From the NCBI GenBank assembly GCA_964573815.1, contig CAZNMJ010000003.1:1-44560 (forward strand): 44,560 bases of DNA, written 5' to 3'. The translations under genes and the position numbers were made by a program. Shown here piece after piece: positions 8,693-19,158 of this stretch; within the stretch, counting starts at the first letter, position 1, and each line of letters opens with the position of its first letter. The notes under the pieces are model-generated. The model was given only the letters and a program-made list of their open reading frames with translations, was not told where the DNA came from and ran no database searches. The stretch is from an uncultured Anaerolineales bacterium (GTDB taxonomy: Bacteria > Chloroflexota > Anaerolineae > UBA7937 > B3-Chlor).

Positions 8693-10567
8693 ATGACTGG
8701 TGGAATGGAGCATACGCCAAACTGCAGTTGTCGGCGTCATGCGTTCCTCACTCTGATGATCGCAGCAGCTGCGTCTGCGGCCGTCTTCTGCTGGACGGTG
8801 CAGTTCGTTTTCCTCTTGCTAGCTGCTGGTGTCTTCTTGCGCCTGATAGAGCGCGATATCGACCAAGCTCCGCTGGCCTTCCACGCCGTTGCCGTTGTGG
8901 GGGCCGCTGTGGGTGCCAGTGCCATCGCGTGCATGATTGCCGAGCGACGAGGAGGCGCGCGACGTAGCCTTCTGGCAGTGTTGGGAGCAGCGATCGGCGC
9001 GGGTTCAATCGTCCTCATGGGATTGACAGGCGCGCCTTGGCTGTGGCCTCTCCAACGCACGGGCTTGGGTGGGGTAGTGGCACTGGTGGTGCTCATGACC
9101 GGGCTCCCTAACCTTGGCATCTGGCGCATCGCGGTCAGTCGCCTCTACGGTGTAGGTGATCGAGCGTATTGCAGGATGCACGCTGGGATTCTGTTGGCGA
9201 TTTGGCTCATCGGTGGGTTCATAGCATACATGGGACCGCATAGTCTTCTGTTAAGCACCGGTGCGGTACTGTTCGCTCTCCATAGCTACCCTCGCCTAAA
9301 CTCATTCCCACGTGTGCATCTCGCTAAGAACGCTGTCTTGGCCATAGCCGCTGTAGTCCTTCTGTGCGTCCCTGCCCGCGATCTTGTTCTACTTACTCAG
9401 GGCGTCAGTTACGGCTCCTACTCAAGCCCGAACTTCACCGTCTTGGGCTATCTACCCCACCTGGGACTGGTCGGAGCGTTCATTCTCTCATTGGGGGCTG
9501 CAGTTGCTGTGACCACGCTTCTCGCAGACGGAGAGGGCGAGCAAGTGCGCCATCGGTCGGCGCTTGCACACGGCGGTCTAGCGATGCTCGTGCTCGCGCC
9601 AACGGCATTCACCGACCAGTTGTTTCACCACCTCCCCCAGATGCTGCTCCTGCTGCTCTACACCTACTATCTGTTTGCGAATGGGCTCGCGCTCCGCCCG
9701 TTCTTCTTCTGGACAGTAGCCGTTGTGGCGTGGGTGCCATTCGTGGGTCTGGCACAATACGGCTGGCACTATGTGATGCAGTGGCAGTCGACATCTAGTC
9801 TACCTACTCTCTGGGCACATACGATTGGATGCTCGGATCCCTTCATGTGGCACGACTGCTTGGCAACGAGCTTGTGTGTCACGCTGATCATTGCGTATGG
9901 ATTGTGGCGCACGAGTAAGAACTCGTCCGAACGTCGGTTTCTCGGATACATTATGCCCCTGTTCCTTGCGACGTTCGTCCTAGCATTCGCGCGAGGGGCG
10001 ATGGTCTCATTGCTATCGGCAGTCGCTGTTGGTGCCGTGCTTATAGGTGGTCGTAGACGCTGGTGGGTGCCAGCCATCGTCATTGCAGCCGTAGTTGCGT
10101 TCATCATTGTACAGGTCACGGGTGCAGTTCCACTCGAGCGCGTATTCGATCGGGAAGGGTCAACTGCATTTCGCGTTCGCACGGCGCAGACTGCATGGGA
10201 AGTAGCGCGACAGCATCCACTATTCGGCGTTGCGCCGATGGAGTGGGATCGACTTCAGACCGAGCGAGGACACTCCTACGGAAGAAGGAGTATTCTCGGA
10301 TGGCTACAAGTGCCGGCCCAAGGGGGGGGTGTCGCCACGATGGCGCTGCTCGTATTGCTCGCAACGTTCGGAGGGAAGCTCCGCCGAGTGATCGCAGATG
10401 CACCGAATTCTGAGGACCGCCTTCTGGTCAAGTGCGCCGTGCTCGCAATAATAGCGCTGGTTGTTGGCAACTTCTTCGACATTGTGATGTTGGAGGAGGG
10501 CGTCCACATGCTGCCGATTCTGCTAGGAGCGGCGCTGGGGGCGAGGTCCGCGTGGTGTTCCACGTAA
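8693..10567 (+). CDS. O-antigen ligase/Wzy_C-family polytopic membrane protein
   Basis: Many TM segments; ARGAMV and S..FR...W....HPLFGV motifs; start uncertain (8582/8693/8705). Confidence 0.7.
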   Translation: MTGGMEHTPNCSCRRHAFLTLMIAAAASAAVFCWTVQFVFLLLAAGVFLRLIERDIDQAPLAFHAVAVVGAAVGASAIACMIAERRGGARRSLLAVLGAAIGAGSIVLMGLTGAPWLWPLQRTGLGGVVALVVLMTGLPNLGIWRIAVSRLYGVGDRAYCRMHAGILLAIWLIGGFIAYMGPHSLLLSTGAVLFALHSYPRLNSFPRVHLAKNAVLAIAAVVLLCVPARDLVLLTQGVSYGSYSSPNFTVLGYLPHLGLVGAFILSLGAAVAVTTLLADGEGEQVRHRSALAHGGLAMLVLAPTAFTDQLFHHLPQMLLLLLYTYYLFANGLALRPFFFWTVAVVAWVPFVGLAQYGWHYVMQWQSTSSLPTLWAHTIGCSDPFMWHDCLATSLCVTLIIAYGLWRTSKNSSERRFLGYIMPLFLATFVLAFARGAMVSLLSAVAVGAVLIGGRRRWWVPAIVIAAVVAFIIVQVTGAVPLERVFDREGSTAFRVRTAQTAWEVARQHPLFGVAPMEWDRLQTERGHSYGRRSILGWLQVPAQGGGVATMALLVLLATFGGKLRRVIADAPNSEDRLLVKCAVLAIIALVVGNFFDIVMLEEGVHMLPILLGAALGARSAWCST

Positions 10568-10965
10568 ACGTCTCCAGGGACGCGAGGAATTACGCTTGTC
10601 CGACGCGGCGGAGTTGATCTGCTTCCTGGTCTGTCCCTCCCGTCATCGTAGAACCGTAGCAGAAACCATGCATAATGCCATGTTGACGAACGGTCACACA
10701 TCCCCAGAACCGCCATAACCTACGTATTGCCGGGCGCGCCAATTGCATGGCCTACCTTACGTTGCTTAACCCTAACACTCTCCGGCGTGCATGCGCATGG
10801 TACACGCATCTATGAGGTGTCATGATGATAGCGGGCGTGTAGACACATAGTAACGACCCTATCTCGCGCCGTAAACCTAAGCACGATGGCGTGTCATGTG
10901 CTTGCTGACGACAACGAACGAATGGGCTGAATAAACAGTGCCCACAACAGACTTAGGAGGTCAAA

Positions 10966-13323
10966 CTGAGGATCCCATTCACTAGATCTCTTTGGAGACT
11001 TGCGCAGCTTGGTTTGTGTCTTGTCGTAACAGGACTTCTCACCGGGCCGCTGTGCGCGCAGGAGATCCACCCAGGACTAGCCATCCACCAGCTTACAAAT
11101 GATGGTAAATCGCACACTGAGCGAGGGGCAGGTTTCGCGCCAACCGGTGACCACATCGCCTTCTTCAAGGAGGTCAGCAAAAGTGACCGCCAGCTCTGGC
11201 TCGCGCGCGGTGACGGCACTAAGGCACAAGCCATCAGTCCGGTGGGCTGGCCTATGGTCTGCGCATGGTCCCCGGACGGGACCAAGCTCGCCTATGTCTT
11301 CGCTAACAAGAACGAGAGTAGCAGCGATGCCTGTGTCTGCATCTACGATCTCGCCACTGGTGAGACGAAGAAGATCTCGGGCGGCTACAAACGCAGCGAC
11401 TTCGGTGAAGGAGAAGATGCGCCCCCCGCTTGGTCTCCGAACGGAAAGCACTTCGCGTACCACATTGCGGATCACGGCTCCGGCCTCATACACCTCTGGA
11501 GCTTCCGAGCATCCGATGGGGAGGCCAAGAGACTTACACCGAATCTTCAGGGCACGAATAGCTGGGATCTGACGGCATCCTGGTCACCAGACAGCACTTG
11601 GATTGCGTTCTTGGCCTTCGCCTCTAAACAGGAGCGAGAGAAGTGGGGGAACCGTGAGATCTGGAAGTGCCGCGCGGACGGTTCGGAACTGACACAGGTA
11701 ACCCATGATCTCTGCACGCTGGGCGATCCCGCTTGGTCACCGAGAGGGGATTGGATACTCTATCACTCAGACAAAGACCGCACTCCAGAGGAACGGCGCG
11801 CCGGGTATAACTGGGACATATGGATGATGCGGCCAGACGGCTCAGACGCCCGTGCGATCACCCATGGTGGCAGTCTTGGCAGATCGGGACGCTGGTCGTA
11901 CGTGCATGTGAAGTGGCTACCCGATGGGAGCGGTGCGTACTTCCATGGCTGGCGCAGGGATGAGTTTGGGCGAGGCACCGTCATCTTCATCTGCGATGCG
12001 GATGGGAGCAATGTGCGGGAGTCTATAGGGTATCCAGAGCGCGATCGCCGAGTGAGTGGATACCGCAAGTGGGCCTCGCCAGATAGTACCAAGCTAATGC
12101 GTCACGCGGTGGAGTACACGCGGCGCGGAGAAGGCGACAACGCTCATTGGGAAGAGATTGATGATGTTATCAAGATATCCGATGTCGCCACCGGGGAGGT
12201 GACGAGTCTCATTCGCGCGCGGCGCAATGAAGATGCCGTGCACATATATGTGGACTCAGAGTCATGGGCACCGGATAGCAGGCGGATTCTGTTCACCCAG
12301 GCCAAGGTCATTAGTTGGCAGCAGGAGCAGTGCGAGCCTGACCTCTATGTGCTGGAGCTGCCGGACGAAGAAGTCGAAGGAACCGAGCCCGAGGGGGGTG
12401 AGTTGCGATCAGAGGAGGAAGCTCCTGTCGAAGCGCCGATCTCAGCCGGGAGTACCGCGGCAGAGGTCGAGCTTATCCGCCCCGAGTACCTCACTGTGCA
12501 ACAGGCTCTTGACTGCCTGCCCGAGGCCGACAAAGCATTCCTGGAAGCTAACCCGGAGCGGAATCTGTTGATCGTCAACGGATCGCCGGAAGCGGCGCAA
12601 CGAATCCGAGATTATCTTGCGAAGGTCGATACGCCGGCGCCGCAAGTGACCCTGGACGTGCTGGTCATGGAGATGTCCAAGACGGCCAGCCGCGAGCTGG
12701 GTCTAGACTGGGTGCACAGTGAGGGCCACATCGGAGGGCAACTCCCGCTGACCGAACTTGGCGCGGGGCAGGTCTTCTATCGCGGGGTCGAGACGCTGGA
12801 GGAGGAGTTCTTCGTCAGTCTGAACGCACTGGAGCAGAACGGCGAAGTCTCCATCCGTGCCAACCCGCGCCTGGTAGCGCTGAGCGGCAGTCCTGCCACC
12901 ATGAATGTGCGGCGCACGAAGTATTACTTCTACACCCAGGGATATGATCAGTACGGACGGCCTTACTTGCAGCAGAGTGATATCTCGGCCGACATCACCG
13001 GCAAGGTGACCCCTACCGTGCTGGGTGACGGGAATATCCTGGTGGAGGTTGCGGTAGGGGTGGGCAACTTCACCTTCACCTCCGCCAGCAGTCTACCGGA
13101 TGTGACGACGCGTCAGGCCTCTGCCCGCGTGATGGTGAGAGAAGGGGAGACAATTACGATTGGAGGGCTAGTGCTTTCACAGGAGACTCGGTCGGTCAGC
13201 AAGACGCCGATCCTGGGAGACTTGCCGTTGCTCGGTCAGCTCTTCCGCTCCACACATCGACAGGTGGAGGAGAACATACTGACGATTATGATAACGCCAC
13301 GACTGGGGTTAGAAAGGGACTGA
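10966..13323 (+). CDS. TolB-like PD40 beta-propeller fused to a secretin (GspD/PilQ-like) domain
   Basis: Repeated WSPDG motifs; N-domain ERNLLIVNG...KVDTPAPQV; REGETITIGGL...KTPILGDLPLLGQLFRS...IMITPR; signal peptide; probable CTG start (track start 11014). Confidence 0.85.
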   Translation: MRIPFTRSLWRLAQLGLCLVVTGLLTGPLCAQEIHPGLAIHQLTNDGKSHTERGAGFAPTGDHIAFFKEVSKSDRQLWLARGDGTKAQAISPVGWPMVCAWSPDGTKLAYVFANKNESSSDACVCIYDLATGETKKISGGYKRSDFGEGEDAPPAWSPNGKHFAYHIADHGSGLIHLWSFRASDGEAKRLTPNLQGTNSWDLTASWSPDSTWIAFLAFASKQEREKWGNREIWKCRADGSELTQVTHDLCTLGDPAWSPRGDWILYHSDKDRTPEERRAGYNWDIWMMRPDGSDARAITHGGSLGRSGRWSYVHVKWLPDGSGAYFHGWRRDEFGRGTVIFICDADGSNVRESIGYPERDRRVSGYRKWASPDSTKLMRHAVEYTRRGEGDNAHWEEIDDVIKISDVATGEVTSLIRARRNEDAVHIYVDSESWAPDSRRILFTQAKVISWQQEQCEPDLYVLELPDEEVEGTEPEGGELRSEEEAPVEAPISAGSTAAEVELIRPEYLTVQQALDCLPEADKAFLEANPERNLLIVNGSPEAAQRIRDYLAKVDTPAPQVTLDVLVMEMSKTASRELGLDWVHSEGHIGGQLPLTELGAGQVFYRGVETLEEEFFVSLNALEQNGEVSIRANPRLVALSGSPATMNVRRTKYYFYTQGYDQYGRPYLQQSDISADITGKVTPTVLGDGNILVEVAVGVGNFTFTSASSLPDVTTRQASARVMVREGETITIGGLVLSQETRSVSKTPILGDLPLLGQLFRSTHRQVEENILTIMITPRLGLERD

Positions 13324-13411
13324 AGCTGCGGATCATTCCGCAACTGGTACGAAGCGCACATCACACCTGCGTCAGACGAATGCGTCGCTATTCTGGAAGC
13401 TTTCAGTAGCT

Positions 13412-14536
13412 GTGAACGTAACGACTTCAACAGAGGTGAAAATCCCTCTTTCTCGACCCTCGGTGGGAGAAGAGGAGCTCGCTCGTATAGCCGAGGTATT
13501 GGCGACCGGCTACCTCGGCTGCGGACCTGCCGTGGAGTGCTTCGAAGAACGCGTCAAAGCTCTTCTGGGGGCCAAACACTTCGTGGCGACGGCGACTGGC
13601 AGCGCGGCACTTCACCTGTCGTTGGAGGCACTAGGCTTACCGTCCGACTGTGAAGTGATAGTGCCATCACTGACCTTCGCATCAGCTGTTCAGGCAGTAC
13701 TGATGGCAAGGTTGCGGCCGGTGTTCTGTGAAGTGGGAGAAGATCTGCTTCTCGACATTGACGATGCCCGAAGGCGTTTGACGCCGCAGGTAAGGGTCGT
13801 GATGCCAGTCCATTACGGCGGGCGCGTTTGCGACGTGACCGAACTCCGAGAAGAACTCGGTCTGGAAGTTGTGGAGGACGCGGCACACGCCTTCGGATCC
13901 TGTTGCGACGGTAAGTGTCTGGGCAGCCGAGGCCGAGCCGTGTGCTTCAGCTTCGATCCCGTGAAAACGGTCACTTGCGGCGACGGAGGCGGTATCGCCA
14001 CCGATGACGGCGACTTGGCGGATCATCTACGACTCCTCCGATCAGGTGGCGTAGCTCATCCACGGCGCGGGTCTTCGGGATCAGGTCATTCAGTGATGGG
14101 ATTCGGCTATCGCTATAACATGAACGACATCGCGGCCTCAATTGGTCTCGCCCAGTTAGACAAGTTCAAGTACTCACGCCAGCGCAGGCAAGAGATATGC
14201 AAGCGCTATGTGGAGAGTCTACAGCCGCTTCCAGGAATCCGTATTCCTCCCGCCGATTATGATGAGATCGTTCCGTACAATTTTGCGATCTTAGTGCTCA
14301 ACGGAAAGCGGCCTGCGCTGCAACAGTGCCTGAATGCGCGCGGAATCGTTACCGGGGTGCACTACGCCCCGAACCATCTGCAGCCGGCATTCCAAGACTT
14401 CTACACCCCGCTTCCCGCCACGGAACAGATTGGAAGACAAGTCCTGGCACTTCCACTCTATTCGAGGATGGTTGATGAGGAAGTCGATGCTGTGGTAAAC
14501 GCGATTGACAGTTTCTTCCGTGATAGCACAAACTGA
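13412..14536 (+). CDS. DegT/DnrJ/EryC1/StrS PLP-dependent sugar aminotransferase
   Basis: VMPVHYGG, EDAAHAFG, SFDPVKTVTCGDGG and GYRYNM motifs. Confidence 0.92.
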   Translation: MNVTTSTEVKIPLSRPSVGEEELARIAEVLATGYLGCGPAVECFEERVKALLGAKHFVATATGSAALHLSLEALGLPSDCEVIVPSLTFASAVQAVLMARLRPVFCEVGEDLLLDIDDARRRLTPQVRVVMPVHYGGRVCDVTELREELGLEVVEDAAHAFGSCCDGKCLGSRGRAVCFSFDPVKTVTCGDGGGIATDDGDLADHLRLLRSGGVAHPRRGSSGSGHSVMGFGYRYNMNDIAASIGLAQLDKFKYSRQRRQEICKRYVESLQPLPGIRIPPADYDEIVPYNFAILVLNGKRPALQQCLNARGIVTGVHYAPNHLQPAFQDFYTPLPATEQIGRQVLALPLYSRMVDEEVDAVVNAIDSFFRDSTN

Positions 14537-15365
14537 ACGCAGCACGGGGGAGGGTGCCGTACCTCTCCTCGCGATCCACGATTTGTGGGTGCGATACCCG
14601 AAGGCGCGACGTTTTCAGGACGCGCTCCGCCAACCGTTTCGCAGGGAGTATGTCTCTGCTCTAAAAGGCCTTTCCCTGGAGATCCTAGAGGGGGAAGTTC
14701 TCACAGTGGTGGGGGCAAATGGCGCGGGCAAGACGACGCTGTGCCGGGTCGTGGCAGGACTCCTGGAGCACTCATGTGGTGAGATCTCATTCTTGGGGAA
14801 GCGGATCGAGAAATCGAACGAATTACGCGGGAAGGTCGGCATCACATCCAGTGAGGAACGGAGCTTCTTGTTCCGCTTAAGCGGCTACGAGAACCTCCTT
14901 CTATTCGGCATGCTATCCGGCCTCACGCTCTCGCGGGCAAAGCACCGGGCCGAGGATAGCCTGAAGGCGCTAGACGCGTGGGCCTATGCTCACCTACCGT
15001 TCATGTACTGTTCAACCGGAATGCGACAACGGGTGAATATCGCCCGCGCCATGCTCTCTCTCTCTCCGCTCATCATCCTTGATGAGCCGACCAAGTCCGT
15101 AGACCCAGTATCAGCCCGACAGCTTCGCCAGTATGCCCGTGACAAGTTGGCTGGTCGCGGCCGAGCGGTCCTCTGGTGCACACACATCCTTTCTGAAGTG
15201 GAAGAATTCGGCGGTCGTACGGCGGTGTTGCATCGCGGCAATCTGGTGTATTTCGGAAGCCCCGAGTATCTGCAGCAGACGGTGAACGGACCCTCCGAGG
15301 GCGAGGCCGGGCGCACCCCTTCCGTGACGGAGGCAATCTACGCCCTGCTGGAGAGCACGCCATGA
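14505..15365 (+). CDS. ABC transporter ATP-binding protein
   Basis: GANGAGKT, STGMRQR, ILDEPT and H-loop motifs. Confidence 0.92.
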   Translation: MTVSSVIAQTERSTGEGAVPLLAIHDLWVRYPKARRFQDALRQPFRREYVSALKGLSLEILEGEVLTVVGANGAGKTTLCRVVAGLLEHSCGEISFLGKRIEKSNELRGKVGITSSEERSFLFRLSGYENLLLFGMLSGLTLSRAKHRAEDSLKALDAWAYAHLPFMYCSTGMRQRVNIARAMLSLSPLIILDEPTKSVDPVSARQLRQYARDKLAGRGRAVLWCTHILSEVEEFGGRTAVLHRGNLVYFGSPEYLQQTVNGPSEGEAGRTPSVTEAIYALLESTP

Positions 15366-16168
15366 ACTGCTTCTGGCGATGCTATGCCCTGCTGCGTGCG
15401 CAGCTCCTGGTGGCGGTGAGCTATCCGATCGATCTGACGCTGAGTCTGGTGAATGCGATCTTCGTCATTGCCGCCTTCCATTTCCTGGCGAAGTACCTGC
15501 TGCCAAGTCAATCCGGTGCAGTTGGCGCCCAGACCTACTTCTCGTTCGTCGCGCTGGGGATCGTGTTCTCCTCCCTATTGAGCACCTGGTTTTCGACGTT
15601 CTCTCGGGAGCTGCGAGAGTTCCAGACCACGGGAGCGCTGGAAATGCTGTTGGCCACTGGTGCGAGACCGACGCTCGTTATTGTGGGGATGACTCTGGGA
15701 GGGCTGACTTTGGCCGGCCTCGAGAGTGTGGGAGCCCTGGTCGCGGCGAAAGTGTTGTTCCAACTCAACGTAGCCGTGGCCTTCTGGGGGGCACTCCTGA
15801 CCGCGCTTGTGCTCGGAATAGGCATCTACTGTTGCCTCGGCCTCATGTCTGCAAGCTTCGTGCTTCTGTTTAAGCGCGGGAATCCGGTGGCTTTTCTGTT
15901 CGATAAGGCGTCAGTCCTGCTGGGTGGGGTCTACTTCCCTGTCACGGTACTGCCCCTCCATCTGCGGCAGTGCGCCGAGTTCTTCCCCCTTACCCACTTG
16001 CTCCGATTGCTGCGGACCGCGGTGGGGACGAATAGCACAGGCGTCGGGATCGCGTCGGAGAGTCTCTTGCTGCTGGGCCTGCTGGTCGCACTAGTGCTGG
16101 CGGCGGGGATTACCTTTCGCGGGTGCCTGACAATAGTGCTACGACATGGCACAGTCGCGCACTACTGA
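15362..16168 (+). CDS. ABC-2 type permease
   Basis: About 6 TM helices; GALEMLL and GGVYFPVTVLP...PLTH; ATGA overlap with the ATPase gene. Confidence 0.88.
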   Translation: MNCFWRCYALLRAQLLVAVSYPIDLTLSLVNAIFVIAAFHFLAKYLLPSQSGAVGAQTYFSFVALGIVFSSLLSTWFSTFSRELREFQTTGALEMLLATGARPTLVIVGMTLGGLTLAGLESVGALVAAKVLFQLNVAVAFWGALLTALVLGIGIYCCLGLMSASFVLLFKRGNPVAFLFDKASVLLGGVYFPVTVLPLHLRQCAEFFPLTHLLRLLRTAVGTNSTGVGIASESLLLLGLLVALVLAAGITFRGCLTIVLRHGTVAHY

Positions 16169-17231
16169 TAGTGGAGACTGCGCCCTCTGTGCCGCGAAGT
16201 GCGGCGCAGCGCCGAGGCCTTTCTCCGAGGGCATCCGGTGGCTCGCGCGCGTCGGAATCCAGGGTACGGTGGTAGTTGCCGGTTGCACCTCGGCCCACTG
16301 GGCGTCCCGGGCAGGAGTGCGAGTGCTCTCCGAACGGGAGGCGTCGGACAGCAAGACATTGTTTGACGCGGTCTGGCTGACCAATAGTGCGTGCTGCTCC
16401 CAGGCACACTTCCTCTCCTTGATCTATCGGGTGAGGCCGGGAGGAGGCATTCTCATCACCGATCCTCACCTGTGGGAGGAGACGCCTTCTGCTCTCCTCG
16501 CGATGGTGGCGGAAATCCAAGCGGTATGTCGGTTGCCTCACCTCTTCTTGGCGCTTCGCAAGGTGGCCGCACCCGAGACTGAATTGGCGCGACTGGTGGC
16601 GCGGTATGCCCCGCGAGGATGGAATCGGGCTTTCACGCGCACGGTTGATCTTCTCTTGGGGGGCCTGGGATTGGTGGTGAGCCTTCCCCTGATGGCCGGC
16701 GTCGCCGCGCTGATTCTCCTTACAAGTCGCGGGCCTGCGCTGATGCGCCAGGTGCGCGTGAAGCAAGGGGGAGAGCTCTTCACCTTCTATAAGTTCCGAA
16801 CCATGCCCATTGATTCGAAGCTGCGCTTCCCCGCGATGTACGCTTATGAGTATAGCGAGGAAGACCTTCAGCAAAAACCTTTTAAGGTTCCTGAGGACCC
16901 TCGCAATACGCCAATAGGCCGATTCATCCGCCGGTTCAGTATTGACGAACTGCCGAATCTAATCAACTGCGTACGCGGAGATATCAGCCTGGTAGGACCG
17001 AGACCCGACCTTCCGGAGATGATCTCATACTACACGAAAGAAGATTTGGCGGTGTTGGCCGTTAAACCCGGCATCACGGGGGCCGCGCAGGTCAGTGGAC
17101 GCGGCGATCTATGTGTGCGCAGCCAACTCGCGATCGACCGTGAGTATGTGCTGACGCATTCTCTCTGGAGGGACGCTACCATATTGATGAAAACCGTCAT
17201 GAGAGTTCTCCGGCGAGTGGGTGCCTATTAG
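16146..17231 (+). CDS. Bacterial sugar transferase (WcaJ/WbaP-type phosphoglycosyltransferase)
   Basis: YKFRTM, DPR.T.IGRFIR..SIDELP.L.N...GD.SLVGPRP and VKPGITG.AQV motifs; atypical N-terminus. Confidence 0.88.
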   Translation: MAQSRTTDSGDCALCAAKCGAAPRPFSEGIRWLARVGIQGTVVVAGCTSAHWASRAGVRVLSEREASDSKTLFDAVWLTNSACCSQAHFLSLIYRVRPGGGILITDPHLWEETPSALLAMVAEIQAVCRLPHLFLALRKVAAPETELARLVARYAPRGWNRAFTRTVDLLLGGLGLVVSLPLMAGVAALILLTSRGPALMRQVRVKQGGELFTFYKFRTMPIDSKLRFPAMYAYEYSEEDLQQKPFKVPEDPRNTPIGRFIRRFSIDELPNLINCVRGDISLVGPRPDLPEMISYYTKEDLAVLAVKPGITGAAQVSGRGDLCVRSQLAIDREYVLTHSLWRDATILMKTVMRVLRRVGAY

Positions 17232-17251
17232 CACCATCAGTGAGGTAATGC

Positions 17252-19072
17252 GTGCGGGCCACACCATCAACACCCTCCTCTGACAGAGTGAAGATCAGCC
17301 CAGTCATCTGGGAGGACGAAGGGATTCAGTTGCACGGCATGCTCTTCTTACCGAGAATCCCTTTCTCCCAGGTGGCGATACTATGCAACGCGACCTGGGA
17401 GGAAGGCGAGTGTAGTCGTCGTGCGCTCACCGGCCTCGCCCTCCAATTGGCCGATACAGGAGTGGCGGCCCTTCGTTTCGACTACGCTGGAACCGGAGAG
17501 AGCGCGGGGGAGGACTTCGAGGCGAGTCTGGAAACGTACCGGGGCAACATACGGTCGGCGATACAGTGGGTGAACGGTGCCTTCTCTGGAGCCGCCATCT
17601 GTCTGGTAGGAGTGAGAGTGGGGGCCAACCTCTTGGCGACGATGGAACTGCCTCCCCACGACCTGGTGCTCATTGCGCCCATTGCAGAGGTCCGGCGCTT
17701 CTGGCGAGATCAGCGACTGGCCACCATCGTGGTCTGTCCAGGAGCGCCCTTGGGCCTCATTGCCGACGATTCCCACTGTCCGACGGTGCGCTACCTCCTC
17801 CGCTACGGGCATCGTCTCCACCACCGCGTGACTGAGGAAGTCCGCCACCTTACCCTGCCCGAGAGTCTGCTCCAGGGGATTTCTCACACTCTCGTAGTAT
17901 CCACGCAAGCTGAAAAAGAGAGTCGCCAGTTCCGGAAGTTGGTCTCGCGCTGGCAGTACGACAACGCCCGTCTCAAACATATTGCCTGTGATGCTCCTCC
18001 CTTCTGGATGTCCCATGATCGCGATAGGATCGAACTCTACCGTTATCAAGGCCTCTATCAGACTATCTGCGAGTGGCAGGTCCGGGTAGGCCCGAGAGCG
18101 CGGCCGGCTGCCCACGTGCCTCCTCCGTTCCAGCTGACCTCCGCCGCGCTCCCGGCGCTGCCGAGGCATGAGATCGAGACGCGCTTTGTCTACACGGAGG
18201 CAGAGCGGATCTGCCTGGCTATTCATAAACCCCGGAACGCCACCCCGGTGGCAGATGTCGCCGTCCTACTCCTCCCGGCGACGCCTCAGGACAGAAGCGG
18301 GCCGCAACGTCTGTACCTCCGCATGGCGAACGCCCTGAGCGAGTCAGGATTATGGACCTGCCGGGTGGATCACGTCGGCTGCGGTGATAGCTCAGGAACC
18401 GGGGAGTTCATGGAACAGCAAGCGCTTGGGCATCACGTAGAAGCCTGCATGGAGGAGTTGCGGACACGTGGTTTCACCCGGTTCATTCTCATTGGGCTCT
18501 GCGGTGGTGCCTCTATGGGGGTTCGAGTGGCGTTGCGACGGCGTGACGTCGTCGGCGTTGCGATGCTGAACGCCTATCGAGGAGAAGGCGGGGCCGCCTG
18601 GCAAGTCATGAAGAGCGCGCTTCGCCGCGGTGTACACATGATGCGTCGAGGAGTAAACCCCCTTGCGATACTCAGGCTGTTTAGCATAGCCTCAATCATA
18701 CACCGAGTTGGTCTCCCCACCCGCCCGGAGCAGCCGCAGGAAGATCTGCCTGCGAAGGAGAAGACCAAGATTCTCCCCGAGTACGTCGTGCTGAGTAGGC
18801 TGCACTGTTCGCTGCTGGTCGTCTACGGCGAGGCGAGTCGATATCGGGACGCTTTTCAGGAGCAACTCCGGCACGGGAGTCTGGCCTTTCTGCAGCAACG
18901 CAGCAACACCGGCTTCTGCGTCGTCCCAGGTGGTACCGATGTGTTTCATCTACCGGAGAGCCGCGCCCTCCTCTTTCGGGAGTTGGTGGATTGGTGTCTT
19001 AGATTGGTAGAGCCGTTAGCGAGTCGTTTACAGGCCGCTGCCACCGCCACGGACTGTGACGGCCTCCCGTAG
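17252..19072 (+). CDS. Tandem alpha/beta-hydrolase fusion resembling exosortase-A-associated hydrolase 2 plus hydrolase 1
   Basis: RFDYAGTGES...GVRVGA in the N-half; RSGPQRLY...RVDHVGCGDS...GLCGGA in the C-half. Confidence 0.75.
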   Translation: MRATPSTPSSDRVKISPVIWEDEGIQLHGMLFLPRIPFSQVAILCNATWEEGECSRRALTGLALQLADTGVAALRFDYAGTGESAGEDFEASLETYRGNIRSAIQWVNGAFSGAAICLVGVRVGANLLATMELPPHDLVLIAPIAEVRRFWRDQRLATIVVCPGAPLGLIADDSHCPTVRYLLRYGHRLHHRVTEEVRHLTLPESLLQGISHTLVVSTQAEKESRQFRKLVSRWQYDNARLKHIACDAPPFWMSHDRDRIELYRYQGLYQTICEWQVRVGPRARPAAHVPPPFQLTSAALPALPRHEIETRFVYTEAERICLAIHKPRNATPVADVAVLLLPATPQDRSGPQRLYLRMANALSESGLWTCRVDHVGCGDSSGTGEFMEQQALGHHVEACMEELRTRGFTRFILIGLCGGASMGVRVALRRRDVVGVAMLNAYRGEGGAAWQVMKSALRRGVHMMRRGVNPLAILRLFSIASIIHRVGLPTRPEQPQEDLPAKEKTKILPEYVVLSRLHCSLLVVYGEASRYRDAFQEQLRHGSLAFLQQRSNTGFCVVPGGTDVFHLPESRALLFRELVDWCLRLVEPLASRLQAAATATDCDGLP

Positions 19073-19158
19073 TGCACGTCGTCAGAGACTGCGCGCGGGA
19101 GGCTAGATGGCGGGAACTCCGCCGCCAGGGAAACATACGCATTGGATGGTCTGGACCA

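Noticed and set aside
10568-10950. Intergenic region as a RiPP precursor or ncRNA
   Set aside because: No ORF with an RBS and leader-like features, and no recognisable RNA motif
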